DNA of 64,000 nt from Candidatus Nomurabacteria bacterium (GTDB taxonomy: Bacteria > Patescibacteriota > Minisyncoccia > Phycocordibacterales > UBA9973): positions 91,377-155,376 of the forward strand of contig JANPIZ010000008.1 of NCBI GenBank assembly GCA_031425235.1, in the 5' to 3' direction. Shown here in pieces: positions 8,163 through 17,810 of this stretch. A model generated the notes under the pieces. The model was not told the DNA's origin and ran no database searches. It worked only from the letters and a program-made list of their open reading frames with translations. The translations under genes and the position numbers were made by a program. Numbering within the stretch: position 1 is the stretch's first letter; every line of letters begins with the position of its first letter.

Positions 8163-8295
8163 ATGTATCCGGTTAGTAGAAAATGACATGGGATAAATCC
8201 GGATATAGTTTTATGGAAATTAAGTGAGTTATTATTAATTTATTATATATAAAATATACTATGCCTAACAAGGCAATGTCATTTTTCACTACCGG
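8163..8295 (+). repeat. Start-codon-abutting hairpin element, family B copy 1, between duplicated ATGTAT
   Basis: ATGTAT-CCGGTTAGTAGAAAATGACAT...ATGTCATTTTTCACTACCGG-ATGTAT; homologous to 61015-61145; TGCTATACT 8 nt before the first ATG. Confidence 0.85.
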
Positions 8296-9351
8296 ATGTA
8301 TTTGGACTTGATTAAAATTTTTATACCGACGATTACAGCTTTCTTTTTGGGGCTTTTTTTTACACCCATTGCGACCCATTACTTCTTTAAATACAAAATG
8401 TGGAAAAAACACGCCCGTGGGAGCTCTTTTAGTAATTCTGATTTTCAAAAAATTAAAGACGAAAATGCTGAACTCAATACTCCACGAGTCGGTGGCATTA
8501 TCATCTGGTTTTCTGTTTTTTTAACCACTATCCTTTTCTTGGTTCTTGGAGTTATTTTCCCCGGAACTATTACTGAAAAAATAAACTTTTTAAGTAGAAA
8601 TCAAACAGTAATTCCATTTTTTACGCTTCTGTTCGGTGCACTACTTGGCCTTATGGACGACCTTTTGCAAATATATGGTCACAACAAGATCGCTCGTGAT
8701 GATGAATCGTGGCGCTTTTGGAAAGCAGGACTTATCGCCTTTGCTGCACTTCTCATCGGTATGTGGTTTTATTTCAAACTTGGCATGGTGCATGTAAATA
8801 TTCCTTTTGATGGTGATTTGTATTTAGGAATTTTTATTATTCCATTTTTTATTATTGTGGCACTTGCCACATTTTCAGGAGGAGTGATCGATGGACTTGA
8901 TGGACTTTCCGGGGGAGTATTTGCTTCTATCTTTGCTTCATATTCAGTCATTGCTTATGCAAACAACCAAATAGACATAGCAGTCTTCTGTGGGGTTGTT
9001 ACGGGCTGCATCTTGGCTTTTTTGTGGTTTAATATTCCTCCTGCTCGATTTTACATGGGAGAAACTGGTATCATGGCACTTACTCTCACCCTCGCGACTA
9101 TTTCTTTTCTGACCAACACAGCCCTACTTTTACCTGTGATTGCACTGCCCCTCGTTATTGAGTCCGCTTCTGATATTATTCAGATGACCTCAAAAAAATT
9201 ACGAAATGGAAAACGAGTCTTCAGACTCGCACCCATCCATCATCATTTCGAAGCTATTGGTTGGCCATCATACAAGGTCACTATGCGATTTTGGGTGTTA
9301 TCAGTAGTTTTTTCTATTATTGGAATTATTTTATTTATCGTGAGTAGATAG
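8296..9351 (+). CDS. mraY: Phospho-N-acetylmuramoyl-pentapeptide transferase
   Basis: TPRVGG, DGLDGL, FYMGETG, LAPIHHHFE. Confidence 0.93.
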   Translation: MYLDLIKIFIPTITAFFLGLFFTPIATHYFFKYKMWKKHARGSSFSNSDFQKIKDENAELNTPRVGGIIIWFSVFLTTILFLVLGVIFPGTITEKINFLSRNQTVIPFFTLLFGALLGLMDDLLQIYGHNKIARDDESWRFWKAGLIAFAALLIGMWFYFKLGMVHVNIPFDGDLYLGIFIIPFFIIVALATFSGGVIDGLDGLSGGVFASIFASYSVIAYANNQIDIAVFCGVVTGCILAFLWFNIPPARFYMGETGIMALTLTLATISFLTNTALLLPVIALPLVIESASDIIQMTSKKLRNGKRVFRLAPIHHHFEAIGWPSYKVTMRFWVLSVVFSIIGIILFIVSR

Positions 9352-9371
9352 TGAATATAATAACAATACAC

Positions 9372-10667
9372 ATGAAAGCAATTTTTCGACACACAATAAT
9401 TACTGCTCTAAGACTAGAGGCTCAACTTGTATTGTATAAATACAAGCCATATATAATTGCAATTACTGGTTCAGTCGGTAAAACCTCAACCAAAGATGCC
9501 GTGTATGCAGTCATGTCAGAATTCACTGACGTTCGCAGAAGTGAAAAAAGTTTCAATAGTGAAATTGGACTACCTCTTACGATTCTCGGGCTTCCAAATG
9601 CGTGGAATAATCCCGTCGGTTGGCTCAAAAATTTTGCCAAAGGATTAAAATTAATATTATTGCCGAATACATATCCCAAATGGCTCGTGCTTGAAGTTGG
9701 TGTCGGTAAGCCAGGCGACATGGAACGTACGGGTTCTTGGCTTAGAACTGATGCAGTGATCATCACCGCCATAGGCGAGACTCCGGCGCACGTGGAGTTT
9801 TTTGCTTCACGTAAACATTTGATCGAAGAAAAAAGTGCTCTTATAAAAACGTTGAAAAAAGACGGAATTTTAATATTAAATGCTGACGATAAAGATGTGC
9901 TTGCCATGCACACAAAAACAAAAAATATTTTTGTAACATACGGATTTACAGAAAGTGCACACGTTGTGGCTTCTTCTGATACGGTACTGTACTCACGCGA
10001 AGGTATTCCTGAAGGAGTTATTTACAGAATTGATGAAGAAGGGAGAAGCTTACCAGTAGCTATTGAAGGTGTGTTTGGGAGGAATCATGTATATGCATCA
10101 CTTGCCGCTCTTACTTTGGCTTCCGGCCTTAAACTCAATATGGTCACAGCTGTAAACGCGCTCAAACGTTATGATGTACCTCCGGGGCGCATGCGGTTAC
10201 TTCGGGGGATTAATGGTTCAATTATTATTGATGATAGTTATAATTCTTCACCGCTTGCTTCCGAATCTGCACTCAAAACTCTCGGTGAAGTTACATGTAC
10301 CGGTAGAAAAATAGCTGTGCTCGGTGACATGCTCGAGCTTGGGCGGCATACCCATGAAACGCATAAGAATATAGGTAGTATTGTAAAAAAAGTCGCTGAC
10401 GTTCTTGTGGTAGTCGGGCCTCGGGCTAAAAGTATAGCCGAAGGCGCGCTCGAGGTAAAAATGGCTAAGAAAAATATTTATGAATTCAGTGATGCCTATC
10501 AAGCTGCGGCTTTTCTCAAATCATTTGTTTCAGGTGGTGATGTCGTTTTAATTAAAGGCTCGCAAGGCATGCGTATGGAGCGAGTGACTGAATCCATACT
10601 CCTTGACCAAGAACACAAAAACAAACTCCTTGTCCGACAAGATGCGGAATGGAAAAAAAAGAAATAA
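9372..10667 (+). CDS. murF: UDP-MurNAc-tripeptide--D-Ala-D-Ala ligase
   Basis: AITGSVGKTSTK, DDSYNSSP, GDMLELG, LIKGSQGMRME; start 9351 or 9372. Confidence 0.93.
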   Translation: MKAIFRHTIITALRLEAQLVLYKYKPYIIAITGSVGKTSTKDAVYAVMSEFTDVRRSEKSFNSEIGLPLTILGLPNAWNNPVGWLKNFAKGLKLILLPNTYPKWLVLEVGVGKPGDMERTGSWLRTDAVIITAIGETPAHVEFFASRKHLIEEKSALIKTLKKDGILILNADDKDVLAMHTKTKNIFVTYGFTESAHVVASSDTVLYSREGIPEGVIYRIDEEGRSLPVAIEGVFGRNHVYASLAALTLASGLKLNMVTAVNALKRYDVPPGRMRLLRGINGSIIIDDSYNSSPLASESALKTLGEVTCTGRKIAVLGDMLELGRHTHETHKNIGSIVKKVADVLVVVGPRAKSIAEGALEVKMAKKNIYEFSDAYQAAAFLKSFVSGGDVVLIKGSQGMRMERVTESILLDQEHKNKLLVRQDAEWKKKK

Positions 10668-10673
10668 TAAAAA

Positions 10674-10746
10674 TATTTGTCCCGTACTAAATTTTTGATT
10701 ACGGGGTATAATGATAAATATTAATATTTAAAATTTTAGTACTGGC
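10674..10746 (+). repeat. Start-codon-abutting hairpin element, family A copy 2 (73 nt)
   Basis: TATTTGTCCCGTACTAAATTTTTGATTACGGG...TTAAAATTTTAGTACTGGC then ATG 10747. Confidence 0.92.
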
Positions 10747-11649
10747 ATGAAGGAAAAAATTCACAAACATATGTATAAGATATTTCTAGGAGTGCTCGCA
10801 CTCGCGGTAATTTTTTCTATTATATATACTGGCGTTCATTATTTTAATGTGTATAAACAACAACAGGCTGAAGCATTAGCAGTACAGAGCAAAGAGCAAT
10901 CTGAGATCCAAAGCGAAGCAGCTCTTAAAGATAAAGCTCGCGATGAGGAGATAGCTTTATTAAAGCAACAGCTTACCGAACTACAAAACAAACCTATTGA
11001 AACAAAAACAATAAACAATACCGTTCAAGTTGAGGCCAAAGATCCCGTAGCGAATATTGTTAAAAAATGGAGCCCTCGAGTAGCTCATATGGAATGCCAT
11101 TGGTTTGATACAAATGATAAGTTGTATGCAAAAGGTTCAGGTTCGGCAACACTTGTTAATTTTTATGGTTTGGGGATGCGAGCTGTTACGAATAAACATT
11201 TGATGGTATATAAAAGTTATCTCCCTAAAAGTTGTGATGTCGAACTTACCTCTGGCGCTACATATACAATACCTATAACGAAAGATAATGTAAGTATTGG
11301 CGAAAATGAAGACTGGGCATATGTGACCTTGCCGAAAGATGGTGTGCTGTCGTCGATAACTGCAAAAGATGTGCGTGCTTGTAAAAATGTTGAAGTAGGA
11401 GACAAAGTACTCATCTTAGGGTATCCCAAAATTGGCTCAAAAATAGGTCTTACTGTAACCGAAGGCATTGTTTCTGGAAATGATAAAAATTATTATATTA
11501 CGTCTGCCAAAATTGACAAAGGTAACTCGGGCGGCGCGGCTATTTTAGTGGAAGATGATTGCTACCTTGGTATTCCGTCAGCATCGGTTGTCGGACAAAT
11601 AGAAAGCCTCGGGCGAATACTTAAATCAAGCTTTGTAATAGGTGGATAG
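10747..11649 (+). CDS. Membrane-anchored trypsin-like serine protease
   Basis: N-terminal TM, coiled coil, TNKH, D, GNSGG triad motifs. Confidence 0.88.
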   Translation: MKEKIHKHMYKIFLGVLALAVIFSIIYTGVHYFNVYKQQQAEALAVQSKEQSEIQSEAALKDKARDEEIALLKQQLTELQNKPIETKTINNTVQVEAKDPVANIVKKWSPRVAHMECHWFDTNDKLYAKGSGSATLVNFYGLGMRAVTNKHLMVYKSYLPKSCDVELTSGATYTIPITKDNVSIGENEDWAYVTLPKDGVLSSITAKDVRACKNVEVGDKVLILGYPKIGSKIGLTVTEGIVSGNDKNYYITSAKIDKGNSGGAAILVEDDCYLGIPSASVVGQIESLGRILKSSFVIGG

Positions 11650-12279
11650 TCAAAATTTGTGACCCTAATTATACGGAATTGGAACCAGGTATTTAAACAG
11701 ATAAAGTTTTTTCGTATATATAAACAAGAAAGTCGCCTCGAAAGACGAACTTTCTTGGCGACGAGAGACAAAGAATAATTTTATTCACATAACTTTTTAA
11801 AATTTTCCTTGTCTGATAATAGTTGAATACTGATTTTGTTTAATCTTTCACGGAGACTACTGTTCCACCAGCTGTTTCCGTCAAGTTCACTTTTCCAGCT
11901 TAGTAAGAACGACTCAGTTCTTTTGAATGCTAATTTTTTTAAAGCGAGATCATCTATTTCACTACAAAGATCCAGAAAAGCATTTTTTTCAAGATTGAAA
12001 TTTTCAAGTAAATTTTCAACTCTACTTAAAACAACTTTTGCAGAAAATGCACTACAATAGCTTTTTGTTATTTCGTTTTGAAACGTTTGCAATAACATTG
12101 CAGTGTTTAAAAACGATAAACACAGTATATCCGGGATGCTCAGCTTTGAACTCTTCATTGTTTGCATTATTTTTCTCCTTATCAGATTAATTTATTTAAA
12201 AAACAAAAAACAACCGACATGGTTGCAACTGTTTTGACAATACCACTTAAAATTATTTTAGTCAAAATTTGTGACCCTA
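11647..12279. mobile_element. tRNA-Glu-anchored islet remnant bounded by 21-bp direct repeats
   Basis: TAGTCAAAATTTGTGACCCTA at 11647-11667 and 12259-12279, including the tRNA 3' end. Confidence 0.7.
11781..12167 (-). CDS. Hypothetical protein
   Basis: 128-aa ORF with AAGGAG SD; terminator-like hairpin at about 11730-11762. Confidence 0.65.
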   Translation of the reverse strand: MQTMKSSKLSIPDILCLSFLNTAMLLQTFQNEITKSYCSAFSAKVVLSRVENLLENFNLEKNAFLDLCSEIDDLALKKLAFKRTESFLLSWKSELDGNSWWNSSLRERLNKISIQLLSDKENFKKLCE

Positions 12280-12343
12280 CAGGGAATCGAACCCTGATTA
12301 CCGCCTTGAGAAGGCGATGTCCTAACCGTTAGACGATAGGGCC
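12272..12343 (-). tRNA. tRNA-Glu (CTC)
   Basis: Cloverleaf GGCCCTA...TCGCC TT CTC AA GGCGG...GGTTCGATTCC...TAGGGTCA. Confidence 0.95.
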
Positions 12344-12413
12344 ATGTAGAAAAAATATAACATTTTTCAAAAAAAATGGAAAATTATTTTTATCTCTAAA
12401 AAATTACCGTCAT

Positions 12414-12810
12414 CTATGTAGATGACGGTGTAGTTGTTTGTGTGATGTTTTTTGTAGCTATTACGATGCCCCAGAAGCACGCGTCGGCAACAAGACCACC
12501 CATTATTCCTCCGGCTGTAACCCCAAAGAAATTTATAAAAATAAATATGAACAGTGGTCGGAGCAAAAAGCTATCTAAAACTTCAGCTCCAAAAAATTCT
12601 CTAATTACTTTACCTATCGAGCTAAAGTAACCCCCTGTTGGCAATTTTCTTTTCAAAAATTGTAGCGACGATCCAACAGGGAAGAATGTCAGCTGCAATA
12701 AATATTACAATCGCAGTATTTTTATCGACTGCAATTACACCGAGCAAGATTGCAATTGTGATGCTTACTAGGTGTGAAATCAACTCGTTAGCTAAAATAT
12801 TATTTAACAT
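12414..12810 (-). pseudogene. Frameshifted small membrane protein gene (ORFs 12622..12810 and 12414..12698)
   Basis: GGAGG SD at the first ORF; removing one G from the G5 run (12631-12635) joins IANR to GYFSSIGK. Confidence 0.6.
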
Positions 12811-12934
12811 ATTTCAACCTCCTTTTCCTTATTAATTTTACCACAAACTCAAAAGGAATAGTTTTCAAAGGATAGTTGAAAAAAGCCTTTTAATATTTAA
12901 TATTTTGAGCCTCAGGTTTCCCGTGACGACGTGA

Positions 12935-13021
12935 TTGACAAATCAGTGTTTTTGTGATATACTATAAGAGTATGACTGGATTTAATTTTTTAATTCCAGA
13001 TCTCTTCGTTGAAAATAAAAT
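12935..13021 (+). promoter_or_regulatory. Duplicated promoter plus uORF module, copy 1
   Basis: TTGACA-17-TATACT; 85/87 identical to 32073-32159; uORF 12972..13028 overlaps the gene start as ATGA. Confidence 0.9.
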
Positions 13022-13024
13022 AAT

Positions 13025-13828
13025 ATGAAAATTTTGCAAAACAAAAAAGTCCGCTTTGCGGCAATTTTATTGGTTGCGTTGTTGGCAGCGTTGTCAACTC
13101 TTAATGCACAACCTGCGGAAGCAGTCACAGCCGAATTCGGCAACTACTTTGAAAGTGTTAAAAAGCTTAACCCCACGGTTAAGAATTTTCACACAATGAA
13201 CGTCGGCGAGGTCTATGGTTTGCCGGACGGCAAAACTGACCACCTCGAAGAAGGCGACACCGAAGGAATTTGGGGTCGCGAGCTGAGAAAATGGAATCAA
13301 CTTCGTTTGGATCCGGTGACCTCAGGTCAACCGTATGTAAACGGCGGAATTAGTCCCGATAACCCGGAACAGCTTGAACGTCAATTTGACAATCAAGCGC
13401 GATTTATGTCTGGGGGTCGTCAGTTTCCTGAACGCATCAGTCCCATTCAAAAAGGGAAAATTTTCGGCGAAGGACTCGTCGGCTATTTAGACCAAGGTTT
13501 TCAACCTCGTAAAATTGATGAGCCGGGCGTACCGGCATATCAGGCGACCTACAGATTCGCCAACGGGGAAGAAATTACCCTTCAATCTTTGATGGGTTGC
13601 ATGAACCCGATCGAAGAAGGTATTGGTCAAACGCGTAAAGGTTACACTTTCGTGCCGGACGGACAAAATCCGGATGTTGTTCCGCTCACGGTAGCGGACA
13701 ATAACGACAAGGGTAAAGACAAGGATTTCAATGGGAATTATATTCTCGGAGGATTTTTGTTTGCTTGTTTATTCGTTCGCCAACCCCCGTCGAAAGACCG
13801 GAAAAAATTACTATTTCTTTTGGTGTAG
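13025..13828 (+). CDS. Secreted hypothetical protein with LysM-like segment; probable -1 frameshift extending to 13938
   Basis: Signal peptide; KKLNPTVKNFHTMNVGEVYGLP is LysM-like; alternative frame stays open to TAA 13936-13938. Confidence 0.7.
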   Translation: MKILQNKKVRFAAILLVALLAALSTLNAQPAEAVTAEFGNYFESVKKLNPTVKNFHTMNVGEVYGLPDGKTDHLEEGDTEGIWGRELRKWNQLRLDPVTSGQPYVNGGISPDNPEQLERQFDNQARFMSGGRQFPERISPIQKGKIFGEGLVGYLDQGFQPRKIDEPGVPAYQATYRFANGEEITLQSLMGCMNPIEEGIGQTRKGYTFVPDGQNPDVVPLTVADNNDKGKDKDFNGNYILGGFLFACLFVRQPPSKDRKKLLFLLV

Positions 13829-14052
13829 GCGGCAATCCGATTGCCAAAAGCAACAAGAGAAATAAAAAATATGAAGTTGTGAAAAATAAAACTGGCAGCC
13901 TCTCCGTCCGAGAAGTCAAAACCAGAAAAAAATCATAACGTTCAAGACCAACTGGAGGTGTAAACCAGCAGGCGATACTCTAACGTCAAAAGTTTTAGAG
14001 AATCTAAAATTGTCCGGCGACGTCTTATTCAAGACTCGCCGGCTTTTTGTTT

Positions 14053-15096
14053 TTAGTCTTCAAACGTTGGTTTGTTTACCTCGAGGAGGTTTAGCTCGGG
14101 AGATGAGCCGGCGATGCGGAGCACATCCTTATCTATCTTTTTGAGTTCTTTATTTGAAGCATTATAATGGTTGACCACAGTGCTGAGCGAATTACCGAGC
14201 TTGGCGTGGTATTCATCATACGATTTTAAATGACGGCCCAAGTCTTCTACTTTTTTTATGATTTCTTTTGCAGATTCTTCTATCTGTAGAGCTTTGAGTC
14301 CTTGTAACACAGTTTGCAAGTAGGCGAGGAATGAGGTCGGGGACGTGATAATGACTTTGTATTTTCCAGCTGCTCGCTGGATGAGGTTTTCATTGTCGTC
14401 TCCCGCTCCCACTTTATTTGTAATCAAATCGTAATATATGGCTTCGTGAGGAATAAACATAAATGCAAAATCAGTCGTCCCTTTTGTGGGCTGGATATAT
14501 TTTGCGGTCTCAGTAATTCGATTTTTCAAATCGTTTACAAAAATTACTTCAAGGCGTTTTTTATCTCCTGCATTTATTTCTTCAACCATTTTGTTGTAGT
14601 TTTCCAGTGAAAACTTTGAATCTATCGGTATGATTTTGTCTTTGACAAATACCACAGCGTCCACAATACTGCCATCCGGAAATGGATATTGCATTTGATA
14701 GCTACCAGGAGGAAGGACATTTTTTAAAACTGTTTCGAGGTAGTACTCGCCGAGGATCCCGCGTTGTTTTGGATTTCTCAAAATATTTTCAAGGCTTTGG
14801 AGCTGGTCAGCAAAGCTTATAACTTGTTTATTCGTCTCATCGAGGCGGGTGAGCCGTTCGGTAACATCACGGATTATTTTATTTGATTCGCTTGAGTGAA
14901 ATTTCAAGCTTTCGTTGACTTGTTTATGGCTTTCCCCAATTTTACTATCGACAGTGCGAGAAAGTTCGTTTATTTGGGTGAGGATAAGATTGAGTCCTGT
15001 ATCGTTATTTCCACTTTCTTTTTTACGTTCAAAAATAAAGTAGGCGACTACGCCTCCTGCGACTATTCCTAAAATGATCCAAATGATATTTTCCAT
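14053..15096 (-). CDS. rmuC: DNA recombination protein RmuC
   Basis: PKQRGILGE, IPIDSKFS, DFAFMFIPHE. Confidence 0.93.
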   Translation of the reverse strand: MENIIWIILGIVAGGVVAYFIFERKKESGNNDTGLNLILTQINELSRTVDSKIGESHKQVNESLKFHSSESNKIIRDVTERLTRLDETNKQVISFADQLQSLENILRNPKQRGILGEYYLETVLKNVLPPGSYQMQYPFPDGSIVDAVVFVKDKIIPIDSKFSLENYNKMVEEINAGDKKRLEVIFVNDLKNRITETAKYIQPTKGTTDFAFMFIPHEAIYYDLITNKVGAGDDNENLIQRAAGKYKVIITSPTSFLAYLQTVLQGLKALQIEESAKEIIKKVEDLGRHLKSYDEYHAKLGNSLSTVVNHYNASNKELKKIDKDVLRIAGSSPELNLLEVNKPTFED

Positions 15097-15098
15097 AA

Positions 15099-15824
15099 TT
15101 ATTTCTCTAAATAATATTTAAGTGTGTAAATCCAATCTTCATCTATCGTGTCGCCATTCAGTTTTTGCCCGAGCAACCATTGTAAATAACCTTTGTCAGT
15201 TTTTACGACGTCTTCTATTTTTTGCCCGTTATATTTACCAAATTTAAAAGTGTGGAAAAGTGAAGGGTGTGATGATATTTCTATCATTTTTTGTATGGCC
15301 TCATCTTCATTTAGATTTTCTTGCTCTATAACTTTTTTTTGCAACCGATCAAAAAGCTTTTCGAGAACCAAGACATCTCCGAGAGCATCGTGAGCTGTGG
15401 CTACTACATCAAGATCGAGGAAGTAACGAAGATATTGTAAGTTGTATTTTTCTATCTTGTCATCTTTGTCAAGGTGTCGAGCCAGCCGCAGCGTATCAAT
15501 GAAATTTTTGGGTCGTATATCTTCTTTTTCAATAACCATAAGATCAAAAAGGGCATTGTGAGCTACGACGACAGAATTTTCATCTTCAAAAAGAGTTTTT
15601 ACTTTTTCATAATCTTTGCTTTGTGTAAAAACTTCTTTCCCGTCTACCATTTTATTTGTAATGTGGTGAATTGCGGATGCTTCTGCTGGGATTTTTATCT
15701 CCGGCTTATAGAGCTCGTTGAATGTTTCACCCACAGTCTTATAAGCTAATTGCACTAAGTAGTCCTTTTCAGTATTTCCGGTCGTTTCTGTATCAAAAAA
15801 TATAAGGTTTTGCTCTGTTTTCAT
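15099..15824 (-). CDS. DEDDh 3'-5' exonuclease (ExoX/DnaQ-like)
   Basis: FFDTETTG, AHNALFD, AHDALGD; C-terminal FKFGKY. Confidence 0.9.
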   Translation of the reverse strand: MKTEQNLIFFDTETTGNTEKDYLVQLAYKTVGETFNELYKPEIKIPAEASAIHHITNKMVDGKEVFTQSKDYEKVKTLFEDENSVVVAHNALFDLMVIEKEDIRPKNFIDTLRLARHLDKDDKIEKYNLQYLRYFLDLDVVATAHDALGDVLVLEKLFDRLQKKVIEQENLNEDEAIQKMIEISSHPSLFHTFKFGKYNGQKIEDVVKTDKGYLQWLLGQKLNGDTIDEDWIYTLKYYLEK

Positions 15825-15860
15825 ATAGATTATTTTAGCATAATTTGGTACAATATGGAT

Positions 15861-16310
15861 ATGCTACATGAACAAATCAAAAATGGAATAAAGGAGGCTA
15901 TGATGGCCAAAGACAGTCTAAAGCTCGAGACATATCGAGCGATGTCGGCTGCATTTATGAATGAGTTAGTTCTGAAAAATAGAAAGCCAAGCGAAGTTTT
16001 GAACGACGAAGAAGCACTCGCCGTTATCACTCGCTTAGTAAAACAGCGTAAAGACTCGATCGAGCAATTCACCAAAGGTGGGCGAGAAGATTTAGTAAAA
16101 GTGGAACAGGACCAACTCGCGATTCTTGAAACATTTCTTCCTAAGATGATGGAGAAATCTGAAGTCGAAGCTATAGCTATTCAGAAAAAGGAGGAACTTG
16201 GTATCACCGATCCCACAAAAAAAGGTATGCTTATGGCAGCCCTAATGAAGGACCTCAAGGGCAAAGCTGACGGAACGACAGTCAAGGAAGTAGTCGATGC
16301 TCTCTTTTAG
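15861..16310 (+). CDS. GatB/YqeY domain protein
   Basis: VKQRKDSIEQFTKGGREDL; start chosen 6 nt after TGgTACAAT. Confidence 0.9.
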   Translation: MLHEQIKNGIKEAMMAKDSLKLETYRAMSAAFMNELVLKNRKPSEVLNDEEALAVITRLVKQRKDSIEQFTKGGREDLVKVEQDQLAILETFLPKMMEKSEVEAIAIQKKEELGITDPTKKGMLMAALMKDLKGKADGTTVKEVVDALF

Positions 16311-16317
16311 TTACTAT

Positions 16318-16929
16318 ATGCACACCATACAAACTTTGAGTTACGTAGTAGAAAACTATAACATACTCGCTTATTTTATTATTTTTTTTATTACTATTGT
16401 CGAAGGTGAAATTGTGGCTATATCGGCTGGCATACTGGTAGCTCTCGGAGTGTTGAGTGCCCCTATTGCATTTATCGCCTTATTTTGTGGAGGTTTGATC
16501 AAATCCTTTCTCGGTTACTTTATCGGAACCTTTTTATATCGAAGGTTCAACCATAATAGATTCTTCCAATACATTGAACGAAAGGTTCTCGGAATTATGC
16601 CAAACTTTGAAGCGAAGCCTTTTTGGTCCATTTTTGCTTCAAAGTTTTTAATGGTCAATCACATAGTAATTATTTTTGCAGGTTACAAAAAAATAGAGTT
16701 CAAAAAATATATTCAAGCAGAGATATTGTCGACAATACTGTGGGCTGTATCACTACTAACACTTGGATACTTCTTTAGTTATGCAGCTTTCCGCATCAGT
16801 GATAGACTCAGTGAATTTTTGCTCATTATTGTACTTTTCATTGTAGGATTTTTCGTATTAGAGAAAATCTTGTCTTTATTGTATAATGCGTTCGAATACT
16901 TTTTACATGACAACAAACGACCAAACTAA
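16318..16929 (+). CDS. DedA family membrane protein
   Basis: EGE motif, hydrophobic segments; start uncertain. Confidence 0.75.
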   Translation: MHTIQTLSYVVENYNILAYFIIFFITIVEGEIVAISAGILVALGVLSAPIAFIALFCGGLIKSFLGYFIGTFLYRRFNHNRFFQYIERKVLGIMPNFEAKPFWSIFASKFLMVNHIVIIFAGYKKIEFKKYIQAEILSTILWAVSLLTLGYFFSYAAFRISDRLSEFLLIIVLFIVGFFVLEKILSLLYNAFEYFLHDNKRPN

Positions 16930-17809
16930 AAAATTAGTTACCCATAGCGGATCCTTTCACTCTGATGACATATTTGCCACAGCTGTTTTGTCGTTCGTGC
17001 TTGAAAAAGAAGGAGAGAAATTTGAAGTAGTGCGAACAAGAGACGAAGAAATAATAAAATCCGCTGACTATGTATATGATGTAGGTGGTATATACGATGA
17101 AGCGGCAAATAGATTTGATCATCACCAAGTCGGTGGAGCCGGCAAGAACGAATACGGTATTGAATATTCATCATTTGGTTTAGTATGGAAAAAATTTGGT
17201 GAAGAAATCTGTGGCAGTAAAAAAGTTGCAGATATTATAAACAAAAAACTAGTTGCTCCAGTGGACGCCCACGACAACGGCATGGATCTGGTGGAGAATA
17301 AGTACGACGTGTCTCCGTATAATATTCAATATTTTTTCTACTCAATGGTTCCAACGTGGCGAGAGGAAAATGTTTCAAACGACGAAAGCTTTTTTGAATG
17401 CGTAGAAATAGCAAAGAAAATTTTACTTCGAGAAGTAGTTCAAGCCCGAGATATTATAATTTCTGAGGAAGCTATTGAAGAAATTTATAAAAATAGTAAA
17501 GACAAACAAGTTTTAATTTTTGATAAAAATTACCCTTCGGCAGAAGTGTTGCAAAGCTTCAGAGAACCTTTGTATGCAGTGTATCCTAGAGTAGATAATA
17601 CATGGGGGGTAAAAGCGATTCGCAATGATATAAAAAGTTTTAAAAATAGAAAAGACTTTCCTGCGTCGTGGGCGGGACTAAAGGACATAGAATTACAAAC
17701 AATTACTGGAGTGGAGGACGCAGTGTTTTGTCATCGAGCACTTTTCCTTGCTGTGGTGAAATCAAAAGAAGGAGCTGTTAAATTAGCGCAAATTGCGGTA
17801 GAATCATAG
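16907..17809 (+). CDS. MYG1 family metal-dependent hydrolase/nuclease
   Basis: THSGSFHSDD, DVGG, FDHHQ, FCH. Confidence 0.92.
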   Translation: MTTNDQTKKLVTHSGSFHSDDIFATAVLSFVLEKEGEKFEVVRTRDEEIIKSADYVYDVGGIYDEAANRFDHHQVGGAGKNEYGIEYSSFGLVWKKFGEEICGSKKVADIINKKLVAPVDAHDNGMDLVENKYDVSPYNIQYFFYSMVPTWREENVSNDESFFECVEIAKKILLREVVQARDIIISEEAIEEIYKNSKDKQVLIFDKNYPSAEVLQSFREPLYAVYPRVDNTWGVKAIRNDIKSFKNRKDFPASWAGLKDIELQTITGVEDAVFCHRALFLAVVKSKEGAVKLAQIAVES

Positions 17810-17810
17810 G

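Noticed and set aside
11650-14050. Prophage or defence island
   Set aside because: No integrase, structural or recognisable defence genes; only a few orphan genes
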